IMG/VR virus record: IMGVR_UViG_3300045988_037879
Coordinates: 1-52,599 of that record
Source: a virus
DNA length: 52,599 nucleotides
Reading direction: 5' to 3' (one strand)
Shown here piece by piece: positions 52,449 to 52,599 of this stretch; positions within the stretch are counted from its first letter, which is position 1, and the number at the start of each line of letters is the position of its first letter. The position numbers and the translations under genes were made by a program. The notes beneath the pieces are model-generated. The model did no database searches and was not told where the DNA came from. It was given only the letters and a program-made list of their open reading frames with translations.

Positions 52449-52481
52449 GTACACGATTCGGTACACGAATTTTGGACACGA
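52449..52481 (+). promoter_or_regulatory. Three direct (G)TACACGA repeats, candidate integrase arm-type sites (attP P arm)
   Basis: GTACACGA at 52449-52456 and 52461-52468, and GGACACGA at 52474-52481. They begin 25 nt after the int stop. Confidence 0.45.
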
Positions 52482-52500
52482 ATTTGAAACCCAATGACAT

Positions 52501-52599
52501 TATCCGATGTCACATTTTAGTATAAATATAAATAAATAAGCGAGTTGGAATTTAACGACATTGCAGAGTTTCAGGCGTTAGGCTCTCGTTCTCTCCGCA
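52501..52599. repeat. Right copy of exact 99-bp terminal direct repeat
   Basis: Identical to 1-99. Confidence 0.95.

Larger units (their letters stand above)
1..52599. mobile_element. Complete temperate siphovirus-type phage genome, circular assembly (unit 52,500 bp plus 99-bp end overlap)
   Basis: Contiguous lysis, DGR, tail, head, packaging, replication, recombination, lysogeny-switch and integrase modules. The ends are identical over 99 bp. The Bacteroidota host call is an inference from promoter type, the lack of SD leaders and the integrase type. Confidence 0.85.

Overview
The window is a complete temperate siphovirus-type phage genome. It was assembled as a circle: bases 1-99 are identical to 52501-52599, so the unit length is 52,500 bp. 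The host is probably a member of the Bacteroidota. That rests on inference only: no Shine-Dalgarno leaders, TTTG-N19-TAnnTTTG promoters, and a Bacteroides-type tyrosine integrase.

Almost everything is transcribed on the minus strand. Reading down from about 49.5 kb, the order is:
- early and regulatory small genes
- a recombination module (SMC-like ATPase, RecT, MBL-fold protein)
- a replication module (replisome organiser, DnaC-like loader, Rha/KilAC)
- a DNA-modification cluster (C5 and N6/N4 methyltransferases, DnaQ-like exonuclease, MazG-like protein)
- SSB, RuvC-like resolvase and a ParB-like protein
- TerS, TerL, portal and a MuF-like head protein
- a 4.4-kb block of plus-strand accessory genes
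- scaffold, capsid, neck, major tail, G/T chaperones, a 1485-aa tape measure, and Dit- and Tal-like proteins
- a diversity-generating retroelement (DGR)
- holin, GH108 endolysin and a spanin-like lipoprotein

The plus-strand lysogeny module lies at 49.7-52.4 kb (XRE repressor, lipoprotein moron, CI-like HTH, integrase). It abuts a putative attP that spans the circular junction.

The main discovery is the DGR.
- A DGR-type reverse transcriptase (2822-3982) sits next to a template repeat (4086-4201).
- One variable repeat lies at the 3' end of a tail-module receptor-binding gene (VR1, 4294-4409).
- A second, shorter variable repeat (VR2, 43601-43677) lies in a 207-aa ORF inside the early/recombination operon.
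- Every TR/VR mismatch falls on a TR adenine. Both VRs share an IMH-like 3' end that differs from the TR.
- No Avd-like gene is recognisable.

Secondary observations:
- a dispersed 8-3-8 palindrome found only between genes
- an ATGCAAATGCAAT-type motif family with a ~65-bp element duplicated between the replication gene and an intergenic region
- an in-frame TGA splitting a PAPS-reductase-like gene
- a Cys/His C-terminal domain on the MuF protein
- a DUF4406-like/DnaA-C-like fusion
- a candidate face-to-face promoter switch with repeated operator half-sites

All functional calls come from reading motifs by eye. No database search was possible.
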